DNA of 63,003 bases, counting the filler, from Choristocarpus tenellus KU-1152 (Eukaryota; Protista; Phaeophyceae): NCBI GenBank assembly GCA_964200185.2. It is 9 parts of 9 records of this genome, joined end to end, with 100 filler letters (N's around TTAATTAATTAA, not from the genome) between each part and the next. Parts side by side here need not be neighbours in the genome. Positions count along the whole stretch, not along the records: positions 49,596 to 52,118 come from CAXNAD020027085.1; positions 52,219 to 56,409 come from CAXNAD020015761.1; positions 56,510 to 63,003 come from CAXNAD020007999.1; 6 more parts are not named here. One strand, written 5' to 3'. The position numbers and the translations under genes were made by a program. The notes beneath the pieces are model-generated. The model ran no database searches. It saw nothing but the letters and a program-made list of their open reading frames with translations, and was not told where the DNA came from. How positions within the stretch are numbered: the first letter of the stretch is position 1; each line of letters begins with the position of its first letter. Positions 52,115-63,003 of this stretch are shown piece by piece.

Positions 52115-52967
52115 ATGTNNNNNNNNNNNNNNNNNNNNNNNNNNNNNNNNNNNNNNNNNNNNTTAATTAATTAANNNNNNNNNNNNNNNNNNNNNNNNNN
52201 NNNNNNNNNNNNNNNNNNCCAAGCAATCTCGCCGGGTTTATCACCTTTATCCTCTTCGATGATTTTGGGGATACTTTAACAGTTACACCCTTTACGTCGC
52301 AGCCTCATTGGACAGAGGGAGTGTCAAATCATTGATCACTTGTAGTGATACAACTAACAGAGCATTAACTAGAGTTGAGGGCAAGCTGCCAATGTTCACT
52401 AGGTTAACCTTGTTGTCCACTCTACATTGAACTGTATGCAATAACACTTACATTGTTCCCTTGCGAAGCTCCACCACCAGATCCCCATCTGTTTGGGGAC
52501 ACTACCGACCCGTACGGCAACCCACCACTGGGGAATAACATGGACGGTGGGTGGGGTTGGGGGGGAGCATTCAGTTGTGTCCATGACTGAGAGATTCCAA
52601 CAAAGATTGGTTTGTGGGAGGGATACTATGATACAGATCATGGCAGTGGAGTAGAAGTGTAGCTAAACAAGATGTTGACTGGATAGCTCTCCTTTGGAGT
52701 CATTCATTCTAATGTTTGAGATTACTTGGTGCTTGGTCCAGAGTTTGGTAAGACAATCGTACATCTCAGCATACAACAATATGGTGCATGCTCAACACAG
52801 GTACAGCAGTCCCTCGGAAGATACAGATTGCTGCTGCCTTTTGCCCCGTTCTCATATGGCATGCTATCTTACAGGGACACTATATACTATTTCAGCAAAC
52901 TAGTCGAACACCCTTGCCCTCTTTGTATGTGGTGATAACTTTATTTTGTAGTTTGCTCCTTTCTCAC

Positions 52968-55900
52968 CCAAAATACAGGGCTCATCCCATCCTGTACCAC
53001 CTGACACACTGATTACCCTGAAGATGGACTCAAGGACATAACAAAGAGTAATTTGGTCAGAACCCAGGACGGAGATCAAACCTGCCCCCGCTGAAACCCT
53101 CACCACCATAGCCTCCATGACCTCCTCCAGCTGCCCCGCCCCCTCCACCATTTCCTCCCCCTTGTCCGGCACCATTGGCAACGATGTCAGAGTCAGAACC
53201 ATTGGCACTACCCCCAGAATAGCCCTGGCCATTGGTGTGCACCTTGCCACCAATTTCCACCTTGAGGTATATTGGCAGTGTGTGGTAGTGGTGTTCCAAA
53301 GTAAAAGAAAAATATTGAGAGAGAGTGATTGTGTTTGGGATTGTCTTAGTAAAAAATAATCCCGAATGTTTGGATTAGTATTTTTGCGAGTTACATATAG
53401 TGAAATGTCAAAGGGAAAGGAGAGAGTGAATGGTGTTCAGCTTGTGAAGGAGACTCTGTATACAGTTGCTACTTTGTACGTACAGAGTACTTCATTTCGA
53501 TTCTAATGCCAATTCCACTATACTTTTTGTGCTGTTCTCTGCTTTCTTAGGTACTTGGTTGTGGGGAAGCTAGAAGTGACATATCTCCTGAGTAACAACC
53601 TTGGATTAAACAAGTCCCTTATTAGCAAATTGTGGTTTTGGCAGTGTAACAGAAGGAGTTGGCACAACTGTGCACAATGTGAAAAGCATAAGAAAAGGTA
53701 AATGCCCTTACCCCACAAGAGGTTCAAAATATTTGTAAAACTATTCAGCCTTGAAGCAGAACACAGCTGTGCCAGCCAAAGAAAACACATGTTGTTGAGC
53801 GAACAATATCTAGATTCAGAAGAGAAAAGGTACTTTGAGAGCACCAGGAAATGACTGGATCTTTCATCCTTTGCATGAGTCCCAAGGTCATTTCCTGGCA
53901 GCAACACTTTGTTATAACTTAGAACGGCACCATGGGTATAGTCACTTCCTCCTATATCATCAATCCAAGTATTCACTTGCCTCAAGATGGGAGGAGATGT
54001 GGAGCTTGATACTATCCTCCTCTGCTAATGCACTAGAAGATACTGTTACCTCAACCACCCCATTTGAGGACACATTCAGCGCATCAAAGAAATAGCTGCC
54101 AGCTAAAGATGTGATGCCAGCCTTGCCCACCTTTGATGGAAGGAGAGAAATTAAACTGTGTTTTGACATAGAAAGGGTAGACGAAATGGGAATTCATGCA
54201 TAATTACTATGTCTTTCAGGGACAGGCGGACTACTATAACCAGCACCATCAGCAATTTTTCCAACGATGGTCTCAATCATGGGTACTTCCCTTAGGTGGT
54301 TTATGGTATGTGTCACATCAGATGCAATGCACGACATGGGATGTTGAGGTTATAGCCTATACTCTAGCCCAACTGTTATCACAGCAATGGAAAGCATGTA
54401 ATCACCTACTGTGGGCAATGGGCTTGGGAAGTTGTGCTATGAAGAGTTCTTTGTACCCCATTACGAATCCTTTCCATTTAGGTACGCCTTGCTCTGACAT
54501 TCTGGCGTCTTAGCACATCAAATCAGCACAGATAGATGCACTAATGAGGCATATTTTACATCATTAAAAGCCACAAACACACTAAATGAAGAGCCTTCTG
54601 GTGACATATAAGCAATGTACACTAAGTCAAGCTCCAGAGAACTCAACTGTCTACTACCATTGGTAATCTGTGGTCAGTGCAGAGCAACTTCTGCTTGCTA
54701 CCTCCTCAAAAATATCACATAAGGCACACTTCGACATTCTACTATTTCAAGCGTATGATAATTCATCAAAAGCTGATAGTTGATGGTGGAAATATTTGTG
54801 GGTTAATACCTGCCTTGAAAAGCATGAAAAACATGAACGCAGCCCACGAAGTAAAGTGTTTTCAGCACGACAATCATGTCGACGACAGCAACGAATAGCT
54901 TACTCAAATAATACTCAGTGCAGGAGAGACGACGTTGTGCTCACCTCTGTGAGCCTTAGAGTAGAGTTTTGATCTACAATGAAATTTTGTACACCATCCA
55001 GTTCAGCGTCTTCCACCGTAAGAGTAGTGGCATGCAACTCGAAGGTGGGTGGGAGGACCAGTATTGTGCCATTGATCACCACAATCTCACTGCTGCCATC
55101 CCCATCCATTCCCCAGACCTTGGGGTCCATGCCACACCCAGTCCAACCCAAGTGATTCCAAGGCATTCCACAACATACCAGACGGGGAGAAGAGAGCAAG
55201 ATGCATTTCAATAACTGCGTCAAGTGCAAGAGGACTTGTAGATAGGCAATCAATCTGTGAACAGGAAACTACTGTGAGAAGATCTTGCTATATTGATGTC
55301 ATTGTGAGATGCATGAGCGGTAATTGCACTGAGGTTGTTAAGACATATACTTATGTGCATGTATAGACTTGAGAGAATGTAGGAAGATGTTGACATTAGA
55401 TGTGCCGAAAAGGTGACACTTCACAACACCTTTTGCTTAAGCACAAGCACTACTTGAGGACAATTACAAACCGAAACCAATGCACACATCTAGCACATTT
55501 CAACTGCCCCCCACACACTTGAACCAAGTAACCAGGGGGCATATTTTGAACCGAATAGGAACAGGAATCGACCTACCCGTCCTGTGTCCCACTGAATCAT
55601 ACTATGGGTTGTTTTCACTGAGGGTGAAGTATATCTCACAGTAAAATTTCCCCCATCCAGCCACACCACTGCAGACCCCAGCACCTCCAACTCATCCAGC
55701 TCGAGCCCAAGCTGTCCACTTGGTACCTGCACCACCGTTGCTGCACTTGTGCCTCCGTTGACCCTGGCATTATCTATAATGAGGTGTGTCATAACCTTTC
55801 CCTGGGAATTTTGAATGATGTAAACCTTTTGTTTGGAAGAGACCAGGAATATCAAGTCGTGTGTGGGGAGTGAATTAAGTGCTAGTTAGTGACTTGGGAA

Positions 55901-56340
55901 AAGATCAGAAGGACTAAACAGGTGGGAGAAGAAGAGAAGCAGGACAAATGTACCCATTTGTTTTGCACAACTTCTGAATTGTGCTTGCTATATCTCTTTA
56001 ATTGGAGTTGAGATGGGAGGCGCTAGAGTGTTGATTTTATGATGTGTTGGAAAATGCAATGCTTGACTGAGGCCATATAATACAATAAACAAACCCAATC
56101 ATATATTGGACTATGTGCTCTTGTATGTATCTTTCCAAGCGTACACACGCTCCAACTTTTTCTAACAATCCGAGCCCTCAACTTGAGTGAAGTTGCAATA
56201 TCTCACCGTCCCAGATGCCCCAACCTCGAAGCCATTACCACCAGAAACATCCACTGTGCCACCATGCAGCAGAAATTCCACTTCCTCCCCGCTTATGTGC
56301 AAGGCAACACGACCCCCTCCCCCCCCCCCCCCCCAAACCA
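52968..56340 (-). CDS. Large Gly-rich repeat (probably extracellular, beta-strand-repeat) protein, internal exons
   Basis: Exons ~56340-56207 (GGGGGGGRVALH..VDVSGGNGFEVGASGT), 55825-55640 (VYIIQ..THLIIDN..LDELEVLGSAVV), 55118-54945 (VWGMDGDGSSEIVV..), 54130-53981, 53260-53082 (VEIGGKVHTNGQGYSGG..GAGQGGGNGGGGAAGGGHGGYGG) and 53017-52968 (..WDEPCILG). Phases are compatible. The GGGHGG.GG / GGGGGGRI / GA.GT.Y / L..DN pattern is typical of giant Gly-rich proteins. Some acceptors are uncertain. Confidence 0.7.
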
Positions 56341-57261
56341 ACCCTTCCCCCAAGGGACAATTTCCCCCCCCCCAGCCCCCCCCTTGGGGAGGGTATATAG
56401 GGTGGTAAANNNNNNNNNNNNNNNNNNNNNNNNNNNNNNNNNNNNNNNNNNNNTTAATTAATTAANNNNNNNNNNNNNNNNNNNNNNNNNNNNNNNNNNN
56501 NNNNNNNNNCCGGTGATTCTCTTCGCCACCCTTGCCTGAGTGAACCATGCCGCCACAGAATCACACGATTCACAAATAGTCATACACATATATTATATAT
56601 AGGGTCTCATTTTCCGAATAGCACCTGTTTCACATGCTGTATGTACTCCATTGATTTTCTCATAGCATAGTGAAAAAATATATACAATATAACTGTATAT
56701 TAATTTGTACTTTTTGTGAGATGATCGGACAATCTTCCAAACTTTCAGTTGTTGATTCGATTTTTATATTGGGTTTGATTGGATAGTTTAGGAGATTCAC
56801 AGTTCAGATTTCACTGTGACGACAATATCAAATCGCAACCATTTTAAAATATCTAAACCCATCTCCTATAACCACGTTTTCAACCCCGTTTGGCGCATTT
56901 CCAAATGGAAAATCGTCACGAGTGAGAATTATACGTCAATTATTAGGCCCTTCTTAACGACCAAATCTGAATGGAGGGTGGGTCAGATGATTCGTCACCA
57001 ATTTTCAAACCAAGTCTGACCGGAATTCGTTATGTTTCGATTTGCCCTCTGTTGTTGTTCATAGCAACATAGCAATGTACTTAACCTATAGTTATTATGT
57101 GTAATGTACTTCAAGATGGTCAGAATGGATTAAAAGAAGAGTGAGAGGGAGTCATCATCCTCTTGTTAATAATCCTCGAGTTCATCGTCTTCCAATTTTT
57201 TGTCTTATAGTTCATCGTCTTCGATGAATCTACCTTTAGGTTGCAGGCGAGATCTAGGCAG

Positions 57262-58250
57262 ATGATAAACGCAACTGTGATATTGCTCATCTATGCTTTG
57301 ATGGACGAGGAGGATGAGGATGAAGAACGTCCATTATTTCGCAGATTTCGAATACCCAACGATCGACCCGGTTACCTGGCGAGCTCGAAGGGAGTTATGC
57401 TGGGGAGAGAGGAAGTTCTGAGACACGTCACTTCGTGGGCGGCGCTGAAGTGTCCCATTTGTTTTCTTTGAAGATTTAGTGAAAGAGGTACAAAGGTAGG
57501 GGTGGCTTGGTTGTCGAACCGCAGATGCGACGGGACGCCCTGTCATACCCGTGAAGCTGAAGGTGAGCATACCCGCCAGTAGGGCTTGTGTATGAAAGGG
57601 CTACCTCGATAGGTTACGAGACGGTCGCCTATGAAGTGACTGTTGACCATGCTGGATTTGCACGGGGAGTGACTGCTAGATTTCCTGGAGTCAAAAACGA
57701 CGAGATAATCATTCGATATGATGGTGCTATCCAGAAACTTAAGGTTAGTCCCACGTACAGACAGTTGGAGTACAACCTTAAGGACTCCCACGGGAACTAT
57801 TACACCGAGAAAGGAGCCTATGTCCTTGTCGATGAGGGCTACCACAAGGTGACGGGAAATACGTGACTGTAGGGCCATGCCTATGTGTACCTATTGTTCC
57901 TGCAAAAATGAGTGCTCGTGAAACTAGCAAGCCAACAGTATCTTTGCATTTGCAGTGGAGGTACACAATATGCCCCTTCAAGGCATCTGTCACACAGGCG
58001 TAGGCAAGGTGGAGCGAACGAGTGGAGAGTGTATGCAACGATGTCGATTTACGTTTTTGGCAGAGTCAAGGGCTGCTTCAGAATCCTCACGCTGCCACTT
58101 TTATATTCGCACAGGAAGGAGATAACATATTTTCACTTGTTGCATATTGCAAACATGATTCATTCACATGATGGCCTTGGAGAGTTGGAGGGTAAAACTG
58201 ACTGGACAGGGGATGCTTGTCTGCATGATGCCTTCTACAGTGACCATTAA
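57262..58250 (+). mobile_element. PIF/Harbinger DDE transposase pseudogene with a spliceosomal intron
   Basis: FRRFRIP, DATGRPVIPVKLKV, YETVAYEVTVDH..FPGVKND.IIIRYD and GAYVLVDEGYHK|intron 57849-57955|WRYTICPFK, followed by RWSERVESV and FGRVKG.FRIL..P. Frameshifts and stops present. Confidence 0.85.
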
Positions 58251-59140
58251 ACTGATTTCAAGCAGATGGGCATGCCAAGGGACCAGGGGAAAGGGGGATC
58301 TGAAGAGTATGTGGAGAGGGGGGTGTTGAAACATCGGTAGCTCAGGGGTTTACTAGTGTTTCAACAGGGGGTGGGATTATTATTTGAGGAGCTAGGAAGA
58401 AGCTCACAGCACACTACAAGTACAAGGAAGGAAGACGGAGACATTACTTGGGTGAGCTCTTGATGATGGGATCTTGCTTGTCAAACAGTGGTTTGTGTTT
58501 TGCGCCGTTGACACATTGTGTGATAGGTAACGGTACAATTGGTATTGTACTTTTGTGAAGTAATAAAGAAGAGGTAGGAATAAGTAATACAGGAAAAAGA
58601 GGCATTTGTCAGTACAATATGGAGAGTGGTTGAAAGTCCACAGAGTCAAATGGAAGATTTAATCGACACTGATTGTGACAATGTAGTTAGGTAAAGATTG
58701 TCCTCATGGTCAAGAGCAGCTAACTTGTTCTGACCAGTGGATAACATTATACCTTGACCAACCTTCTGAAGAGTGCTGGGATCATCATCATTACTTAACT
58801 TTGCTCGAGGTCATGATACAAGATCAGGGTTGACAGCTTTGGTTAGTGTATATCAGAAGCTCAAGATTAGAGGACTTGACACAAAAATAAATTCCATTCA
58901 ACAAATAATTACCACAGATCTAAACAAAGATTTGCCAATGCCGTCCAGTGTGATGGTACACCTATGTGCACAGGACAGCTGTCAAAGACTACTGAGCACT
59001 ACTCTGACAGCTGTGTTGTCACAACTGATTCCCCTAGTCTATTTCCCCACTGCTGCTTCCTGTCCCCAAAGCTCCCAAGTCAAACCCCCCTTCACCACTG
59101 TCCCACCACTCCCCAACGTAATCCCAGTACCACCAATATT

Positions 59141-59700
59141 CTAACCCAGTCTCACTGCCACCAGTTGCTGATACCGTTTCCGACAGAACTCTGCCTCAAC
59201 AGCATCACTACTCTTCTGAAACGTCCTCCCAGCTTGCTTAGCAGTCTTAAGCATTCCATCAAAATTTTGACAATCTTCCCTAGTAGTAGCCTTTTCTGTC
59301 GTTACGTCTACTTGTCTCCTCGTGTCTCTAGCCGCATCATCCAATGCGGATACGAGAGCACCAATAATGTGTTCATCCATCCTACTTTTTTCCTTGATTC
59401 TGCTTCCAACTTCACGTAACTGCTGTCGGCTCCTCGTTCCTAGGTTTGCTACTAGCCCCTTCACCCTCATTGCCTCCACACCCTCCATTGAAGAGGGCTC
59501 CACCGATCCCCCATCCTTGCTTAAGTCACATGAGGAGGTGGACCCTTCTTGTGGGGGTCCCTCTCTCACACTCACACCAAAGTCTTGGAGTACATCATTG
59601 GACGGGGGCCCATATACTGCAAAGAGGAGAAGATATGGAGAGACCCAACCATCTGGCATTTTTTCGGAGAGGGAGAAATAGGGGAAACCTAGGGCAAAGG
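59141..59700 (-). mobile_element. Probable Harbinger second ORF (accessory protein) converging on the transposase
   Basis: 172-aa ORF PDGWVSPYLLLFAVYGPP..SRQQLRE..helical C-terminus. Its position fits the two-gene PIF/Harbinger layout. GGAGATGACC|TAA at 60771-60783 resembles a Tourist/Harbinger right TIR plus TAA target. Confidence 0.45.
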
Positions 59701-61370
59701 TCTCTCCCCTGGTCCAGGAGAGGGTAGTTCCTGGCTGGGCCTTTCTGGGGTGGCGCTAGCAGGACTGGAGGTGGGACCTCCTGACTCAGACCCCACCGCT
59801 TTAGCCTCAGTGACCGTTGGAGATTCGCCTTCGTCTTCCCCCCCCCCAACAAGGTCAATGGTACTCCCAATATCACCATCACACCACTCCACCGTAACGT
59901 CTAATGCTGGAGAGCCAATACAAATATAAGATTCTGTGGACACTGAATCGTGGCGTGTGAGGATGGGGTTACGGGCATAGGCTTCAAGTTGAATGCTGTA
60001 GTGTCACGGTGGCTCAGGAGACAGAAGAACACATGTGGTTCAAAGATGACTGCTGGTCATTTGAAGCCGTTCCCATCGCCTATGTGGCGAGGTCTCAGAT
60101 GGAATGCGGAAGCACAGTTTCATGGAATGCGAGACATGCCTTGACAATGCAAGCATACTTGGATATGGCAGTCTCTGGATTCTTGATGTGGTTAGGCGAG
60201 GAAGCCCCAGACTCGACCCCCTCCAACTCTTACAAAGGAAGTGTTGGTGCAGACAACAATGGGAACCAGGAAGAAGACCATTCCAAAGACATTCCTATGT
60301 TCGAAACACTTCGACATGGTCCGGGTAGACTAAGGCACAAGATTGTCACCAACGTGTACATCTCCTTCTGGCTGACGTGAGTATGATGGTAGATGTTGCT
60401 TGTGCTCCAGCTGTATTGCAATTCACTTTCGTAGGTTACACACCTGAATCCATAATCACAATGCTCAATGGGGAGCAGCTTAACACACACACGTCCAACA
60501 CTTTTCTTGCTTCCCAGTCTTGTTCCCGGAGGAAAGTTGCAGTCTGGGGAGCAGGAGATGGACTGCCTGCAGAATCTATTCGACCGGTTGTGGGAGGAAC
60601 AGGAGAAATCGAGGATTACTGGAGGTCTTGTACAATAAATACATGGCTTCGACATAATCGAAACGAAATCTTATTATAACCCACAACAACCACACCTGTT
60701 CTGTTCTCTTTTTCCTGTTCAGATTTTCAGTGAAAAGCAAAACCAAATGACAGAAAAAAATGTGTGTATAGGAGATGACCTAAAGTAAAACCATTTTGAA
60801 AAATTTACATTTACCCAATTCAATTTTATACCCATCTTAACCTTACATTCACTCCTCCTCAACTAACATCCCATCACTCATTCCATACGACACACCATCA
60901 CACAACCTTCATACCACACCAATCAATATGATCCAACCTCCTCGTATCCAATCACCAACCAATGTGGGTAATTTCCCCGAATCCAATCGCCACAATGGGG
61001 CGAATTTTCCGCATTTTCAATAATGAACTAATGGGGGTAATTCTCGCGTCTCTACCACCAATTTTTGTGTGGCAACGTGCTTCACTCAGATAATGGTGGT
61101 GAAGAGAATCAGCAGGCAACACGAGCCAGACGAACCAAAACGAGCTGTGACTGAGAGGACGAGGTTCAGGTTGAACATGTGCAGGAAAGTTCCTCCACCA
61201 GAATCCGGAATTACTGGCAGGGAACCTCAAACAGTATGATAATAGACAACCTGCTTTCCACATTACCTCCCTTTCTGATTAGCCTCGAAACTATGCAACA
61301 TGGTTCAGGTCAACTATAGTTTACCTCTGCGGATAATACAGAAAGAATTAAAAATACATTGAAAACGTAA

Positions 61371-61660
61371 CTACTGAGCATAGTCTAATTTCAGTAGAGC
61401 CCCTGCATACCTCCAAAAAGATTCCTCTGCTAGAGGCTTGGTCAGCACATCTGCATGCTGCTCATCTGAGTTAACACGAATGATCTGTATTTCCTCATTT
61501 GTGACCAAGTCCCTCAGGAAATGGTGTCGCACATCTATGTGCTTGGTCTTGCCAGGACGCAAAGGGTTGCTAGCCAAATGGATAACCCCTGTCTTGCCCT
61601 CATACACCACATAACAAGACCAAGAAACATCAGGTCGAACAAATTCCAATACATCCCTCA
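61371..61660 (-). mobile_element. Ty1/Copia LTR retrotransposon RNase H C-terminal fragment
   Basis: VYEGKTGVIHLASNPLRPGKTKHIDVRHHFLRDLV..IQIIRVNSDEQHADVLTKPL matches the Copia signature ..TKHIDVRHHF.R..Q.AD.LTKPL. Confidence 0.92.
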
Positions 61661-63003
61661 AGAACAACTCCTTCACTACCTGTAGGGTTTGTCTCTTGAA
61701 AAGACTCCACAACTCACTACCTGTAGGATTTGTTTCTTGAAAAGATTCCACCACTCAATTTAATGAAAGATCCTCTACAGGAATCTGGGATTCCTTACAT
61801 GGAACTTTGGAAGGTATACATTAATTACTGTACATCAATCTATAACTCTTCTTTCCACACTCCACATCCGCATGTCCAATCATTGACCAATACGACCAAT
61901 TTCCATTAATCCAATCATCAACTAATGCGGCCAATCTCTGAATATCCAATCACTACTAATACGGTTAATATCCACGAATCCAACTACCAACCAATACAGT
62001 AAACTTCTGTATGTCACTCACCAACCACTTGAGGTCGCAGTTACTTCCTCCATATCCAACCATTGTTGCCAATTTTTGCATATCTTGTCGTTCTTCATGA
62101 CGCAGGGCAGTCTAATCAGTGTAACATCTCCACATATGGGTTCCTATGTTGAAACCTGAATCGAATGCATCGTACATGTAAGCAAAATGAGTAGACTACT
62201 AGCGATGAGGAATCATGGTGTTGCAAAGCACCGATGAGTGATATGCGTAGTCTATGTTATGGATAGGTGTGATTTTGCTGCAAAGCACCGTATTTATTCT
62301 GTTGTTACTGAGGTCATTGATCTCTCAGTCAAGAATTATGCGATGTAAATTCAGTATTCTTCGTTGCTCAATCCAGAATGATGTGATGTAAATTCAGTGT
62401 TCTTTCATGTGATACTCAACGAAAGAAGTCCATGCTCTGTNNNNNNNNNNTCTGTGGAGAGGCTTGTTACCTTGGCTGGCAAGGGTTTCCGCGGATGGTT
62501 TTATCTCTGATTATATTACATCCATAGGTGTGTTTGATACACAGTTTGCAGAGTGGCGTTGATGCAATTTGAGGGATCAATGGTAGTCACGAAAGAAATA
62601 ATAATCATCAATGTATAACTGTCATCTTCTGCTGATAGGAAGAAAGAGTGAAAGAAAAACAAACAACAGAAAAACAGAACAAAATTGAAACAATATGTCA
62701 AGTTCGACCTATATCAAACATTCCTTTGTTCAATGGGGAGTAAATATGTTACAGGCGAATAGCGTGAGCGTTTCTTCTTGTATTTCAACAAAGTATGAGC
62801 ATTTGTTACACACGAATAGCGCGAGCATTTTCTCCTTATGTGTTAGGAAATACGAACATTTGAAACAGACATACATACAATGTGAAGATTGTTTCTCGAG
62901 TTCTGACAAGTGCGAACAATATACGATATTAGTAACACATAGGTTAACCTTACAGAATAAGTGATTATTTTAAGGAGATGCAGAGTAAGATTCGGAATAC
63001 CTA

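Overview
Eukaryotic, intron-rich, TE-rich nuclear DNA. It is probably from a stramenopile/ochrophyte of brown-algal type; this is inferred from intron style, TE types and (CCCTAA)n motifs and is not proven. The window is made of about 9 contigs joined by artificial N~44-TTAATTAATTAA-N~44 spacers, so adjacency across spacers is not reliable synteny. Two complete spliced genes can be reconstructed by hand, head-to-head and only 245 bp apart: QPRT/nadC (- strand, 4 exons, 302 aa) and VPS53 (+ strand, 11 exons, 878 aa, two ~6 kb TE-filled introns). Partial genes are CCT4 (3 exons), a LARGE/B4GAT1-like GT49 glycosyltransferase (3 exons), the probable eIF3k 3' end (2 exons) and a large Gly-rich repeat protein (6 exons, one apparent GC-AG intron). 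The rest is decayed TEs: RTE-like LINE, DIRS/tyrosine-recombinase, piggyBac, PIF/Harbinger with an intron, Copia, possible Penelope, three MITE/foldback families and tRNA-derived SINE-like pieces. The least explained segment is 41.1-42.5 kb. It holds an intact intronless 225-aa orphan ORF preceded by AAGGAGG, converging tail-to-tail on a decayed ORF, and is a candidate endogenous viral or horizontally acquired insert. All calls come from reading the sequence; no searches were run.
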